This document shows, one piece after another, positions 50,528 to 64,000 of a DNA stretch of 64,000 nt. Each line of letters starts with the position of its first letter. Positions within the stretch are counted from its first letter, which is position 1. The notes under the pieces were generated by a model. That model saw only the letters and a list, made by a program, of their open reading frames with translations. It had not been told where the DNA came from and searched no databases. A program made the translations under genes and the position numbers. Source of the DNA: Eledone cirrhosa. Lineage: Eukaryota. The DNA lies in NCBI GenBank assembly GCA_964016885.1, contig OZ024740.1, positions 173,724,001-173,788,000 of the forward strand, in the 5' to 3' direction.

Positions 50528-51747
50528 TTAATGTGTTTTGGCCGGAGTAAAGAAAACCGTTGGGGGTGTGAGATAGTGATTGGGCAAGATTTGACCATCA
50601 ATACCATTAATAGTAACCTTTATATCGAAATCATCGTGAGCATCTAAACGGAGATGTTTCAGACTTGTGGTGATATCATATTTAAAAAGACGGTCAAATG
50701 CCCAAAACATTTCATTTTCTCCGCCAAGAATACAGAATGTACCTCCAAATGCACATTCACCATCTTTTCTGCAGACATCAAAGTTAACATCAGCAGATTG
50801 ACCAATGGTACGAAGTAAGAAACCAGCAAATACTCTGTCTTCATGTTGTATCTCTTGAAGATGGTCTTCCAACTGAGGAATGGTCATTCCGTGGAAATTA
50901 AGATTATCATAATCATATTCAAGTGTATGGTAATCGAAAGATGTAATACCAGTAGAATGAGCTCTTGTAACAGCATTAGGATTGCTGTCTAAGTTGAACG
51001 GTTTTAATGGTTTATTTAGTTTATTGATTTCGCAGTTAGCATCATTGTGAGGTAAGCCACGATACTTCTGTAATGCTTGCCATATAGCCCAAATACGATC
51101 AGTGTTGGAGTGATGAATGTAAAAGAGAGGATCATAGGAAGTATAGTGAAGGGTTGACATACCATATGGACTACTACCACCAACCCAAGAATGAATAGCG
51201 TTGTGGCCTATTTCATACTGGATTTCAAAATCACAGAAATCTGTTTGTTCCAGAGCTAATGCTATCTGGCGATAGAAGAATGATTTATCTCCCTTTTCTG
51301 GATCATCAAAAAGTTTTGCTCTGGGTGCTCTGGTTGTGTCAGTATTGGCAACATCAATATGGGCATGGTGGAAGGAGTTGTGTTTCTCTTCAGTGACCAG
51401 GATAGGTAAATTAGCGAAGGTAGTGGTCCAGTCCCAGTAAGGAATACCAACGTGAGATCCCTTAGCAACTAAAGCATCTTCCATTTGTTTAACCAACAAT
51501 CTGTGCCAGTGGGGGAATGTTACCATTCCATGTTGGCAACATGCATATGCTGTACCATTTGGATAATGACATTTGAGGGGCATTCCATGATAAGAAGCAA
51601 TGCTCTGGTAACCATTGTCTGAAGTATCAGCTTGTACTTTAGCCATGGCATCTCTTAGTTCTTTGATGTCTGTAGGAGTCAAGCTATTGACATTCTTCCT
51701 GACAATAACACCTTTCACGGGTTCTTTGTGTACCTCTTTCTTGAAAT
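50528..51747 (-). CDS. Hc: Hemocyanin copy 2 exon 12, FU-g and stop
   Basis: Translation identical to the copy 1 FU-g ORF. Confidence 0.95.
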
Positions 51748-54700
51748 CTATAGGGGAACAAGTAAAAAGACAAGAAGAAATGAAATGTGTGTTACAAACA
51801 AAGGAAGTAAAACGAATAAGTAAAATTTATAAAAAAATGGAGTGAAAATCAGTAAAAAAAAATACAATTATCGAACAACAACAACAATAAAATAACATTT
51901 GAAATAAAGTTGCAAATATTAGAAAAGCTGATAAAATATTAAACAAACCTTTAGCTGGAACATATATCATTGAAGGAGCTGGCAAGGAGTTAGAATCTAA
52001 TATTTTTCCATCAACGGTTTGGATTTCTACTTCAAGGTGAATAGTGCTTCCATGAACATACAAATCTTCCAAAGGAATGTGCATTTTATGGAGAACATGG
52101 GTAATATCAAGCTTGTAGGTTCTATCGAAATGCCATGGCATTTCATTTTCACCACCAAGTACAAATACTACACCAGCATGTTCACAAACTTTGTCTTTGC
52201 AGAGTTTCAAATGGACATCAGCTGAGGTTTTGATACCAAAGAGTAAGAAGGAAGCAAAAACTCTGTCTACGTTCTGGTGTTTATGGATAGCCTTTTCCAG
52301 TTGATCTATATTCATTCCATGGAATTCGAGATTATCATAATCATAACCGAGTTTGTGGTAGTTAAATAGATGTTGTGGTGTTGATGCAGCTCTTGTATGT
52401 AGATTTGGATTGGATTCCCAAATGAAAGGCTTCATGGGGAATGACAACTGATCCAGAGCACAGTAAGCCTTATCATATGGTAATTTTCTGTGTTCCTGAA
52501 GAGCTTGCCAAATAGCCCAGAGACGATCAACCTGAATTTAAATACAAAGAATAGACAGTAATAAACATGATTTTATAATGGAATAATGGCCTTCGCATAA
52601 AGCAAATCACTAAAACATTCATCACATCATACGATGAAATAACAAAGTGAACTAAGCAAGATATGTTTGTATAAAGATATTTGTTCTAATCAACAGACAT
52701 TTATGAATGACTGAGCGTTGATCTTTTCAGAAATAAATGTTCAAAGTAAGTTCAATTTTATTTTACTAAAATACTGACGTGTTTAAAATATTAGAGTGAA
52801 ATCAATATAAATGTAGTTGTATCAATATAAATATAATGTATAAATATTTCGTAATTTACCATTGAATGATGAATGTAGAAGACGGGATCAAAGGAACTAT
52901 AGACCAAACTGGACATGGCATATTTCTGGTGACCACCAAGGAGGTAGTGAAGAGCATTATGGACTACTTCAAATTGAACTTCGAAGTCACAATAATCTTC
53001 TTGTTCAAACATCAGAAGTACTTGTTGGTAAAGATTAGACCCTTCTCCTTCACCGATTTCAAATAGTTCTGGTTGTACATCTCTAACAGTGTAGGTATCT
53101 TCCTGTTTGATGTATCCCCTAAGGAATGGATTCTCGATCACGTTATCAGTCCAAGCATCATAGTAGTCAGGATCTGCTATAAGTCTAGGTAATTTTGCAA
53201 TAGGTAATGTCCAATCCCAATAGGGAACGGCAACGTTGGATCCATGTCGGCGCATAGAATCTTCAAAATGTAATAAGTAAACACGGTGCCAATGTGGGAA
53301 GACGGACATTCCATGTAGACAACAAGCATATTGCGGATCTTCTGGACTAGGACAGATCGTTGAACCATGATAACTAGCAATTGTCTGGAATCCATGGTCA
53401 CTTTCATCTTCCTTAACACGAGTAAGTGCTGACATAAGATTTTGAATATCTCTTTCATCCAAAGACGCTACATTTCGTCGGATATGATTTAGTGGGATGT
53501 CAATATCGACGCCTTGGTCTAAAAGAAATTTGAAAAAATGAAAATTAGTTTCAAATATTGACATTTTTATGCATGAATATTTTCATTTATATTACATAGG
53601 AACCTAAAACACTTACGGATAGGTGGGATCCTTATTACAGTTGCTTCTGGAAGAAGGCCAGCTGGCAATTCAGTTCCATTGTGGGCAACTATTTTTGTTT
53701 TAATAGTGAAAGGTGAATCAAAATGTAATTTCATATCAAAAAGTATATCAGTAATTTCTATCTTGTAAAGACGGTCGAATGCCCATGGCATTTCTGCACT
53801 GCCTCCCAACACAGCAAAATGACTTCCTTCATGACATTCTCCTGCTTCATTACAGATCTAGAATAAATTAATAATGAGAAGAAATATGTAATTTACGGTA
53901 TCTGTCTTTGAAAAGACACACATGCACATAAACGGTTACACATATCATATTATCCATTTCATCAAGCTGTTAAATAATCATTTGAATTGTTACCTGTACA
54001 TTAAATTATAAATATATACATTAGATGTGGCTAGTTAAATTAAAAATATATTTACATAGCATATCGTTGATAAAATGTTTAATTATTTAAAATTTCTTGA
54101 ACATATTCTTATGACACAATGTTTTAGAAAGGTTCTATTATTTTAGATTGATTTGTTTTAATAATAACTTTTTTGCCTTTTTACTTACATCAAATGTTGC
54201 ATAAGCTGATGAACCAAATCCACTCAACAAAAAGCCAGCAAAAACACGATCGTGCTCTCTTTGGTGTCTGATGTATGACTCTATCTGATTAATAGACATA
54301 CTGTTAATATCTAGAATGTCGTAATCGTAATGGAAGTTTTCTCTGTATCTAAACATATCTTCAGGTTTGGATAATTTCGTGGTGAGATCATTCAAATTGT
54401 AAGGAGCTCCGAAAGCAAAAGGCTTCAAGGGAACCTTCATCAGTTCAAGAGCACAATGAGATTCGTAGGCATTAAGACCTCTCAATTTCTGCAATTCTTG
54501 CCAAATAACCCACAAACGATCGACACTAGAATGATGTAGGAAGAATAATGGATCGTAGGCTGCATAATGTAAGTGGTTCAAAGAATACTCTTCTTTTCCA
54601 CCAATCCACGAGTGAATGGCATTATGAACAATCTCTAATTGTATTTCAAAATCACAATAATCGGTCTGTTCCAAAGCTAAAGCGATGTTATCAAAGAGCC

Positions 54701-57700
54701 ATGTTTGTCTTCCCAGTACTGGATGTTCATACAAATATTCGCTGATGTCACGTTTAGTCATAGTCTCTTCACTAATGAAAGAAATATGACCATGATTAAA
54801 CGGGTTATATGCCTCTATTTTAGTGAAAGGATCAGAATACTTTTCAGAGGTTATAAAATCAGGAATCTTTGAAATAGGACGAGTCCAATCCCAATATGGA
54901 ACGCCAACCTTAGCTCCATGTCTATGTAAAGCTTGTTCAAACTGAACAACGTACAACCTATGCCAGTGTGGGAATGTAGCCATACCATGAAGACAACAGG
55001 CATGTCTGTGTTTGGCAGTTGGGTTTGGACACAGAGGGGGAAGAGCATGGAATGAAGCGATTGCTTCGAAACCGTCAGATGATTTGTCCTTCTGCATTCT
55101 TCTCAAAGCGTATACCAAAGAATTCATTTCAGACAGAGAGAGTCGTTCAACATTCTTTCGTGTTAAAAGTCCATTGCTATCTTCATGCGTTAAATCAATA
55201 GAATGATCTGAAAAGATATTAGAATAGAATTACTCTTAGTTGTTAAATAAAGCTCAATTAATAAATGATGTAGATATCCTCTTTGGTAAGAAATGGGAGT
55301 ATCCAACAATCAGAGAGTAAATCTGATTGTCGCTATTATCTTATTTAGTCATCTAGTCTAATCATAACTTACAACCTACTCAAATATAAATATTGTGCAC
55401 AGTAAAAGCGAGAAGTGGTTTGATAGCTTACTGGGCTTCTATTAATGAAAATTGCGATTCTCTTCTTCTAGAAAAAGATGCTAGGATGATGGGTCAACTA
55501 TTGATTACCTTCAAACAATTAACTGAAGAAACAAATGACATTAGAAGCGTCAATACTGAATGTGTTATAAGAGATTCGAGGGTGGACGTGGAATAAAAAC
55601 AGAAAGTAAACATTCTTACCTTGTTTTGGAACAAAGATAATAGTTGGATGTGGGAAAATATCTGAACTGATTGAAGATCCATTAACGGCTGTGATTTCAG
55701 TTATGACACGGAAATGGCTGTTTTGGTTAAGGCCTAATAATTTCAACTGATCAGTTATTTCATATCGGAAGACACGGTCAAATTGCCATGGCATTTCAGA
55801 CATTCCACCTAATACAGAGAAGACACCGACGTCGTGAGCACAGTTTTCCTCATGTTTAGAAGTAGGGACACAAATGAATATGTGGACATCAGCCGAAGCC
55901 TGTACACCATGAAGTAAGAATCCAGCGAAAACCCTGTCGTGGGACTTTTTCTCCTCAATAAGATGTTCCAAATGAGTTATAGTGAGATCAAAGAAGGATA
56001 AAGTGTCATATTTATAGTGTAAAACATTTTGGTAATCAAATACATCATTTGGTGCACTATGAGTGAGTGTTAAACGATCATGGTTTGCGGTAGTGTTACT
56101 GAATGGACGCATGGGTACATTAAGTAGAGGTAATGCACAGTTGGCTTCATTATAAGGTAACTTTCGGAAACGTTGTAATTCTTGCCAAACCGCCCATAAT
56201 CTATCAAGATTACTATGATGAAGGAAGAAGACTGGATCATAAGCTGCAAAATCCAATGATGACATAGAGTGAGGATCACGACCACCGAGCCACGAATGGA
56301 TAGTGTTGTGAAGTACTTCAAAGTGGACTTCAAACTCACAGAAATCAGTTTGTTCCAAAACGAAAAGAGTGTGTTCGTAAAGGTATTTGTTACCAAATAA
56401 TTCTTTTTGTGGATCTCGTTTGGTTTCCGAATTAAGGAACGATATCTTTCCTTTGAAGAATGGATTTGGTTCAATGAGAAGTGTTCTTGAATTGTAATAT
56501 GTGGCATCATTGATTAAAGCTGGAAGGTGATCAAATGGTTGTACCCAATCCCAATAAGGTACAGCTACACCGGAACCTCTGGCTAACAATTCGTTCTCTA
56601 CTAGAGCAACATATAATCTATGCCAGTGGGGAAAAGTTGGCATGCCATGAATACAACATGTAAACACTTTGCTACCATCTTTGTTAGGACACTGTGCGGG
56701 CAATCCGTGGAATGAAGCAATCTGTTCGTATCTACCATCAGCTGCCATATCTTTGAAGGCACTTCTGAGTGATTCAATATCACCTCCAGTTAGATCGTGT
56801 AGATTTTTCCTAATTCGGTTTGCACTGGTTACAGGTTCGACCCACACACCTGCCTCGCCGAAATTACCTTAAGAAAAGAAACAAAATTATTGAATTATGA
56901 AAACAGTTAAAATGTTATGTTTCATGTCATATATTAAATTAATCCTTACCGAATACATGTGCTTAATTGACAGCGCTGGTCTAAATCAATATATAAGTGA
57001 GCGACAATATAATTATTATCTATTTTTAGAATATTTAATTCTATTAGTTTTGCAACACAACATTTGCAACACTATTGTACACATTTGTACACATTTTAAA
57101 TGTACCATTTATGAGATTGATATGATAATGGTTACTTACCAAGACCTGGTTCGTAGATAATTGCAGGTTCAAGGTTGACATCTGTTATTTCATTTCCAGT
57201 CAGGTCTTTCAGGTGGTATTCAATATGATATTTGTCGTTAAAATGTAGATGTGCATCCTCCATCTGCTTGGTGATATCAGCTTTGTAAACGTGATCAAAT
57301 TTCCAAGGCATTTCGTTAGTGCTACCCAGAACGTAAAATTCTCCAGCTTTCACTTGATCGGTGCTCTCATGAGCTCTGATATAGTATTCTACCAATGCAG
57401 ACTTTTTAAAACCTTCCAGCATAAAGGTAGCAAAAATGCGGCTCGTCGCACGACGCCTGTTAATTTCTCTGTGTAACTGTGGAATAGATAATCCACTTAA
57501 TTCGAGAATATCATATTCGTAATGGAAATTCTTTTTGTAATCAAATACATCAAAAGGAACTGAATGTTCCCGAGTCATTGAATCAACATTGATGTCACTG
57601 GTAAGACTGAAAGGAGACATTGGTTTTCGTAGGGTTTCAATAGCACAGTTAGCACTGTTATAACGATGTCCTCGGTACTTCTGTAGAGCTTGCCAAATGG

Positions 57701-60700
57701 CCCAAATTCGGTCAACATTGGAATGATGAAGTATGAAAATAGGATCATAGGCTGTATATTCAAGTGAAGACATAGAATATTGCTCTGTACCTCCAACAAG
57801 TGCGTGGATGTGATTATGAGCAATTTCAAATTGTACTTCGAACGAACAAAAGTCTTCCTGTTCTAAGGCGTAAAGAACTTCATTTGCTAAGGAAGTGAAT
57901 TCTCCGAAAGGTGGTTGAAGATATAGGTTTGGACTAGGAGATCGTGTAGTATGTTCACCTAGTTCATCGATAACACCGCTAAAGAAAGGATTCGGGTGAC
58001 TTTCACCATTCTCATCAGTATATGTTTCTTCTTTTACCAGAGTAGGCAGTTCTGAAATCGGACGTGTCCAATCCCAATAAGGAATACCATTAGTGTATCC
58101 ATTTCGTCGTAGACCATTTTCAAAGTTGATTGTCAGCAATCTATGCCAATGAGGGAAAGTTGCCATTCCGTGATGACAACAAGCATATTTAACTTCAGCA
58201 TCAGGACTAGGACACCATTGCGTGGATCCGTGAAAAGCAGCTACTTGTTGATATCCACTGGCAGTTTTATCATCTTCGTAAGCTTGTAAAGCCTTCCTAA
58301 GAGCATTCATATCTGCGTGGGTCATTGAAGATACATCATGTCTGGAACGATACGTTTCGTCAAAGACAACGTCTGATTCATCTGTAAAAATTGATAGAAT
58401 AAAATATAATTGCCAGTTCTATTTATGAATGGAACTTAAATGAGAATATAAAAAATAAAATATAATTTTAAAAGAAACTCTCGTAAAAAATATGGAGAGT
58501 GTTTCAGATTAATACAGTTTATATTTGCTTTAAAATTTATTAGAAAATTTGTTGAGTCAAAGATGTGAAGGATATTATATGAGAGTACTTACGTTTCCCT
58601 GGAGAGAATATCACAATAGGTTCTGGAATTGCGGTTGCTGGAAGGGCTGTTCCATTCATATCATTAATTTGTAAGTTTATGTGGTATTCAGCGTGCATAT
58701 CTACACCAAGCTCAGTCAGTGCTTCAGTAATTTCATATTTATAGAGTCTATCAAACCTCCATTCCATCTCTTTGCTGCCTCCAAGGATTGTTATTGAACC
58801 AGCCATGTAAGTATTACCGCCACTTTCGACATTGATCACAACATTTGCTGATGTTTTGATACCCATCAAAAGAAAACCAATGAACGCACGATCTTTAGCT
58901 TTGTCCTCTTCGATATGTCTTTGAAGTTCTCTAACGGACATTCCTCCGAAGAAGAGAGTATCATATGTATATTGTAAGTCAGCTTGATAATCATATACAT
59001 CAGTTGGCACAGCGTGTATATATGTGTGCTTGTTGTTATTCAGTGGTGCTTCAAAGGCAAATGGTTTCAATGGGCGATGGACCTCTGAAAGAGCACAGTA
59101 TGGTTTGTAGGGCTTTCCACGATGGATCTGCAATGCTTGCCATACTGCCCACATTCTATCAACTTGTGAATGGTGTAGCCAGAAAAGAGGATCAAATGAT
59201 GTATAATGCAAAGATGACATTGAGTAAGGCTCATTGCCGCCGACCCAAGCGTGAATTGCATTATGGGTAACTTCAAACTGTACTTCGAAATCACAGAAAT
59301 CTTCTTGTTCAAATGCTAACATCATGCCGTCATAGAGATATCCGTGATGTCCTTTTGTTGGTTGTTCAAACAATCTAATATATTAGAATAAAAATAAATA
59401 CGAAATATAGAGTTAACCCATGTCATATAGATAAATAAATAAGTTCTAAAATAATTACTTTAAACAATTTCTGATGTGCGAATAAATTAACAGTTTTTAG
59501 TGTATTGTAATAGTTCAAACCAAACAAGAATATATATTTGACAACAGTATGTATATAGCACTGGTAATAAAAGTCTAGTTTGAAAATGTGGAAATGAAAA
59601 CAAAGATTCTCATAAGAGTCACTTAATCGAATGTTATAAATTAGAATGTTTTATCGAAAGTAATTTAAGGACTTTATATTGCTCTAGCGGTTACGTTTGG
59701 AATTGTTAAATGTTTTCTAAGTCTTTTAGGTTTTGATTATTGTCGAATTTCAAACAAAACAGGAGATTTTGCGCATTGCTAAATGTTAATATGAATGTAT
59801 TCAACGTATTTAAAATGCTATGACATTTACAAACCTGGCATCAATACTTCTAGCGGTAAAAACATCACTGTGCAAGAATTCAATTGGTGCATGGTAGAAA
59901 GGATTTGGCTTTACTTCTTTTGTGTAAGGATCTTCATAAGTTTCAACAGCAACCAGATGGGGCAAAGATGTGCTAGGTGTTGTCCAGTCCCAATAAGGAA
60001 CACCTATCGGAGATCCACGAGCAAGAAGAGCATCTTCAAACTGTATAACTACAAGTCTGTGCCAGTGTGGAAAAGTAGCCATTCCATGAGTACAACATGC
60101 AACACGATCAGTAGCATCAGGCTCTGGACATTTAGCAGGAAGACCATGGAATTCAGCTAAGGCTTGGTAACCGTCGATGGATTTATCATCCATGAATCGT
60201 TCCATGGCAACTCTCAGTTCGTATTCTTCCTCTGTTGTCAAACTATGAAGTTCTTTACGGACAGTTAAACCAGATTTATCCATTGTCACCATATCAGCTG
60301 AAATAAAGGATAATATTTGAATAACAGAAATCAGATAGAATATTTTTTGCAGGAACATGAAATTTACGGAATAAGTATTACTTTACTTGGTTTAGGTTTG
60401 ATTATTTAATATTTCAGCCGAGGCAGTTATACAGGAGATAGTGTTTGTATAATTTAGGTGCCCTATCTAGATTTCGATGTAAAATATGATAATTTTTAAT
60501 TGCTACTTATTACAAAATTTAAGTGCCGACTTCATAACACATTTTAAAGATAATTTACTTGTCTGTTGTAGAACATCATCAGATGAAATTGGGAACATGT
60601 ATATACATTAAATCTTATCATAGTGGTTTTTATAGTGCTCGAAAAGCAAATGGGACGACGAAAGTTTAGTAAGTAAATATTTTATATATGAATACAACTA

Positions 60701-63353
60701 CAAATAATTATTTGATATACACTTCTATGTAAATCATACAACGTTTTTTAAAATTGCCTAAATAAGAAAAAAATTCTTACTCACCGTCTTTGAAGTCATG
60801 AGCGGGAATATATGTGACTGTCGGTCGTGGTATTGTGCCATCGGGCAAGAGAGTGCCATTAATTGCCATAATGTCAGCATGGACGTAGTAGTTGCCATCC
60901 AAAGGAATACCGAGAGATTTAACAACATCTGTAATCTCAAAGAGGAAAGGATAACCAAAGTTCCAAGTCATCTCGTGTATACCACCAAGAATGAAGAAAG
61001 AACCGACATGATTGTTACAATTGTCACTGTGTCTTTTGTCTTTACTTGGGACACAAACTGCGATACGGACGTTGGCAGAGGTCTTGATACCTCCTAATCT
61101 GAAATTAGCAAATGCTCGTGGATGATGTTGTCGTTCTTTTAATACTGTATCTAGATGTGGAATGTCCATTCCATTGAGATGAAGATCGTCATAATCATAA
61201 CCTAGTTCATTGTAGTCAAATAGATCAACTGGTTTGGCGTGTTCCTTAGTAAGAGCAATAGGATTGGTGTCACGACCGAACGGTTCCATTGGCTTATGGA
61301 ACATATTCAAGCCACAGTTAGCATTACCATCAAGGCCTCTATGTTTCTGGAGAGCTTGCCAAACAGTAAACAAACGTTCAACGTTTGAATGATGCAAGAA
61401 GAAGAGTGGATCGTAAGAAGTATATTCCAAACTGGACATTGAGTGAGCGAAACGACCACCAACAAGATAATGGATTGGGTTGTGAGCAACTTCAAACTGA
61501 ACTTCAAAATGGCAGTAATCTTCTTGTTCTAAAGCTAAAAGAATACCTTCTAATAAGAAGTTATCTCCTCCCTTCGAAGCTTGGAACAAATGGACATCAA
61601 TGGCTCTAGCAGTGGCTTTGTTCTCAAATTTTATATCTCCAGAGTAGAAGACGTTCTTTTTAGCTTTGTGAGAAGAAGGATCCATAAAAAGTGGATGACT
61701 CACGAGCTCAGGCAGATGACTCAATGGTTGAGTCCAGTCCCAGTAAGGAACACCAAGAGTTGAACCATGGGCTGCCAATGCTTGCTCAAACTGTACAATG
61801 TACAGTCTATGCCAAAGAGGGAACGTTGGCATACCATGCAAACAACAGACCACAGTACTTCCATCTGGTGCTTTACAATCTGCTGGTTCACCATGGTAGC
61901 CTGCGATGGCTTGGTAACCAGTCGGAGTTTCATCATCCTGCATGGTACGTAGGGCTACCTGCAGATTAAGAACTTCCTCTTCAGATAAGTTGTCCACATT
62001 CTTACGGAGCAAATTACCTGAAATATAGAAAGAGGAAATTTCATTAATAATTATCTTTTCTGACACTGGTGCTTATTTCAAGAAATCTTTTTCAAAGTGA
62101 ATTATTGAAATGTTTGATTTCTGAAATTTGTTTTTAAGACTTTTTTGCTCGACTGAAATTGAAACCCCTCAAATGCTTACGTATACTTTGACTAAAAAAT
62201 CGTTATATGAAGAGTCAGAAACGATCATAAAGTCGGGATATACTTAAATATTTGGCACTGGTTATTTGATACATTTGACATATCAGTAGTGATTTCTCTT
62301 TGTTGTTAACTGTATCTCGAATAACTTCATGTGGCTTTTGATAACTATTCTGGGATGAAAGGGAATCTGTCATCTCACATGTTCTGTTTTATCGTTTGTA
62401 GTTTTACACATCGCTCGTCATTATTATCCGTGAGATCGAGAGATATCTATTATAACGTTGCAGGCGAATCTCTCTAGCTTCTTACCTGGTGATACAAGGG
62501 ATACTCGATATATGAGGAATAAACGTCGTGGAATATGTGGTGAGGAACATCTTTCTACGCATGTATTGATCGCTCGGTAACAGTATCGAAGTTCTCCCCT
62601 TAATGGAGACAATAATTTGTGATTATAAAATGTAGCCAATGAATGTACAATAGCTTTATTAATATGGACCGGCCTACAAGAACGAAGCGTCTTGTTTTTC
62701 ACACTAGTGATGGTTTTAATTTTAGCAGATGGGAGAAGCAGGATAGATGTCTAAAACCCACTCTCTTGTTTATTTAGATAGACATACTAAACTAATTAAC
62801 CAAACTCGTTTCTAATTAATTTTACACCATGTGGTTATGCGATAATTAAAATAGATAGAAGGAAAATATTCATTACCTTCTGCAATTTGTCCGGATACCC
62901 ATAACTAAAAAAGTAGAAATACATTTTTAATGATATATAAAAATATGACATTTAAATACAGCATTAAATATGAACGTCAAACATGTAGGAAATAAGAATA
63001 GCGATGTGCAAATTAGGATTTTTAGCATTTACCATTTAAATGATTTCCAGTATTAAATGTGTTAATAATATTTCTACTTTTGGTAAAATGCCAGCAATAC
63101 TCCAGCGCATTACTGGTACTTTATTTTATCGACCCCGTTAGGATGAAAGGCAAAGCTAACCTCGATGGGATTTGAGCTCAGAACGCAAAGGGCCATAACT
63201 CTATGCTGCAAAGCATGGTGTCTGATGCTCTACCGATACTGCCAAACTAATAAAATAGAAAAGTTGATGACCTCGATATGTGTGTAGAAAACTAATGAAT
63301 TATTTTCAACTTACGGCAAAGACGATCGCAAAAAGACAAGGAATTTTCATCAT
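50528..63353 (-). CDS. Hc: Molluscan (octopod-type) hemocyanin subunit, copy 2; signal peptide + FU-a..g, 2918 aa. join(complement): 63315-63353, 62877-62904, 60785-62017, 59835-60297, 58593-59374, 57140-58381, 55620-56867, 54189-55207, 53617-53857, 52860-53518, 51949-52531, 50528-51747
   Basis: Same exon lengths, splice sites and copper motifs as copy 1. About 20 aa differences in the mature chain and 4 in the signal peptide, counted by eye. Confidence 0.97.
51949..52531 (-). CDS. Hc: Hemocyanin copy 2 exon 11, FU-f C-part
   Basis: Homologous to 23035-23617. Confidence 0.93.
52860..53518 (-). CDS. Hc: Hemocyanin copy 2 exon 10, FU-f N-part
   Basis: Homologous to 23946-24604. Confidence 0.93.
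53617..53857 (-). CDS. Hc: Hemocyanin copy 2 exon 9, FU-e C-part
   Basis: Homologous to 24703-24943. Confidence 0.92.
54189..55207 (-). CDS. Hc: Hemocyanin copy 2 exon 8, FU-e main part
   Basis: Homologous to 25246-26264. Confidence 0.94.
55620..56867 (-). CDS. Hc: Hemocyanin copy 2 exon 7, FU-d
   Basis: Homologous to 26678-27925. Confidence 0.95.
57140..58381 (-). CDS. Hc: Hemocyanin copy 2 exon 6, FU-c
   Basis: Homologous to 28198-29439. Confidence 0.95.
58593..59374 (-). CDS. Hc: Hemocyanin copy 2 exon 5, FU-b C-part
   Basis: Homologous to 29651-30432. Confidence 0.93.
59835..60297 (-). CDS. Hc: Hemocyanin copy 2 exon 4, FU-b N-part
   Basis: Homologous to 30893-31355. Confidence 0.93.
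60785..62017 (-). CDS. Hc: Hemocyanin copy 2 exon 3, FU-a
   Basis: ORF 60777-62066; 1233 nt. Confidence 0.95.
62877..62904 (-). CDS. Hc: Hemocyanin copy 2 exon 2, 28-nt micro-exon (LWVSGQIAE-G)
   Basis: ttttag|TTA...GAA G|gtaatg. Confidence 0.88.
63065..63246 (-). mobile_element. SINE inserted in copy 2 intron 1
   Basis: Reverse complement of the 41549 family; absent from copy 1 intron 1. Confidence 0.75.
63315..63353 (-). CDS. Hc: Hemocyanin copy 2 exon 1 (MMKIPCLFAIVFA)
   Basis: Homologous to 34619-34657; donor gtaagt. Confidence 0.9.
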
Positions 63354-63394
63354 GGTTCTTCGATGGCAGTGTTGAGTCTTCTGCTGAAGGCCAC

Positions 63395-63521
63395 ACTGAT
63401 GAATCGTGTTGAAGGGTCTCCTTTTATAACCCATGAAACAATGGTTTGTTGGCACTGTAGTCAGGAGAGGACACGTATTTCTGTTTTAGACAATACATCA
63501 TAATTATGACATATCGCAATA
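63395..63521 (-). promoter_or_regulatory. Core promoter of copy 2: Inr (63395-63399), TATAAAA (63422-63428), TACGTG (63472-63477), palindrome (63498-63509)
   Basis: Same motif order as copy 1, with spacing within 1 nt. Confidence 0.8.
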
Positions 63522-64000
63522 TCTAAAGAGCTAAAATAACATTGTAGAATCTCTTTCAATAAAGATAGATTACTATCTTATAGGACCTTGTTTTAATACC
63601 CTAAGTGTAAATTTAGATTGTACAATTGTTGCATAACTGTAACATTAGACATCCCAGCTGTTTTATGGATTTCATTCGCAAATTTTCCGTTTCAGAATTA
63701 TTTTTATTCATTTATAATTTTGATAAAATGCTGAGATTATATTGTAGCTTTAGTATTATTTTGGTTAAGAGTACTACAATGCAAGGAAAAGAAAATAAGT
63801 TTCAGCAAAACTAATCCGCAACATAGTTTCGATTCTACTTTGAAACCAATTAGCTTTTACTTAAGCCACAAGCAAAAACAGTGCATATAATCTGTGAGTC
63901 TACTATTTCTAGTGGAGCATTTTACCTAAACATCTTATATATTTTTATTTAACCAGATGGATCTTTTGAGAGTTATATATTTTTGCTAGAGCCACTGAAC

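Noticed and set aside
50528-63353. Copy 2 as a pure haplotig or false duplication
   Set aside because: The promoter, several introns and the UTR are far too diverged, and carry different insertions, to be alleles. Local mis-polishing within the identical tracts cannot be excluded.

Overview
Eukaryotic, AT-rich, microsatellite-dense DNA, almost certainly from an octopod cephalopod. It carries two intact head-to-tail molluscan hemocyanin genes on the minus strand (CDS 21614-34657 and 50528-63353). Each has 12 coding exons: a signal peptide split over a 39-nt exon and a 28-nt micro-exon, then seven functional units FU-a to FU-g, 8757 nt or 2918 aa by my exon arithmetic. The two copies are a patchwork. 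Most exons and several whole introns are nearly identical, while the promoter, introns 1-3, the middle of the FU-e intron and the 3' UTR are clearly diverged, which points to recent gene conversion on an older duplication. Both promoters share a TATA box, an initiator and a TACGTG hypoxia-response-like motif. The rest of the window is transposon debris: mariner, Gypsy gag, Penelope-like elements (PLEs) with 5' inversions, RTE LINEs, tRNA-derived SINEs and Helitron-like units. Many palindromic or tandem modules sit inside (TA)n tracts. Several of these carry minimal type I hammerhead ribozyme folds, three of them with the rare U3-A8 core and compensatory changes in all three stems. All alignments and folds were made by eye.
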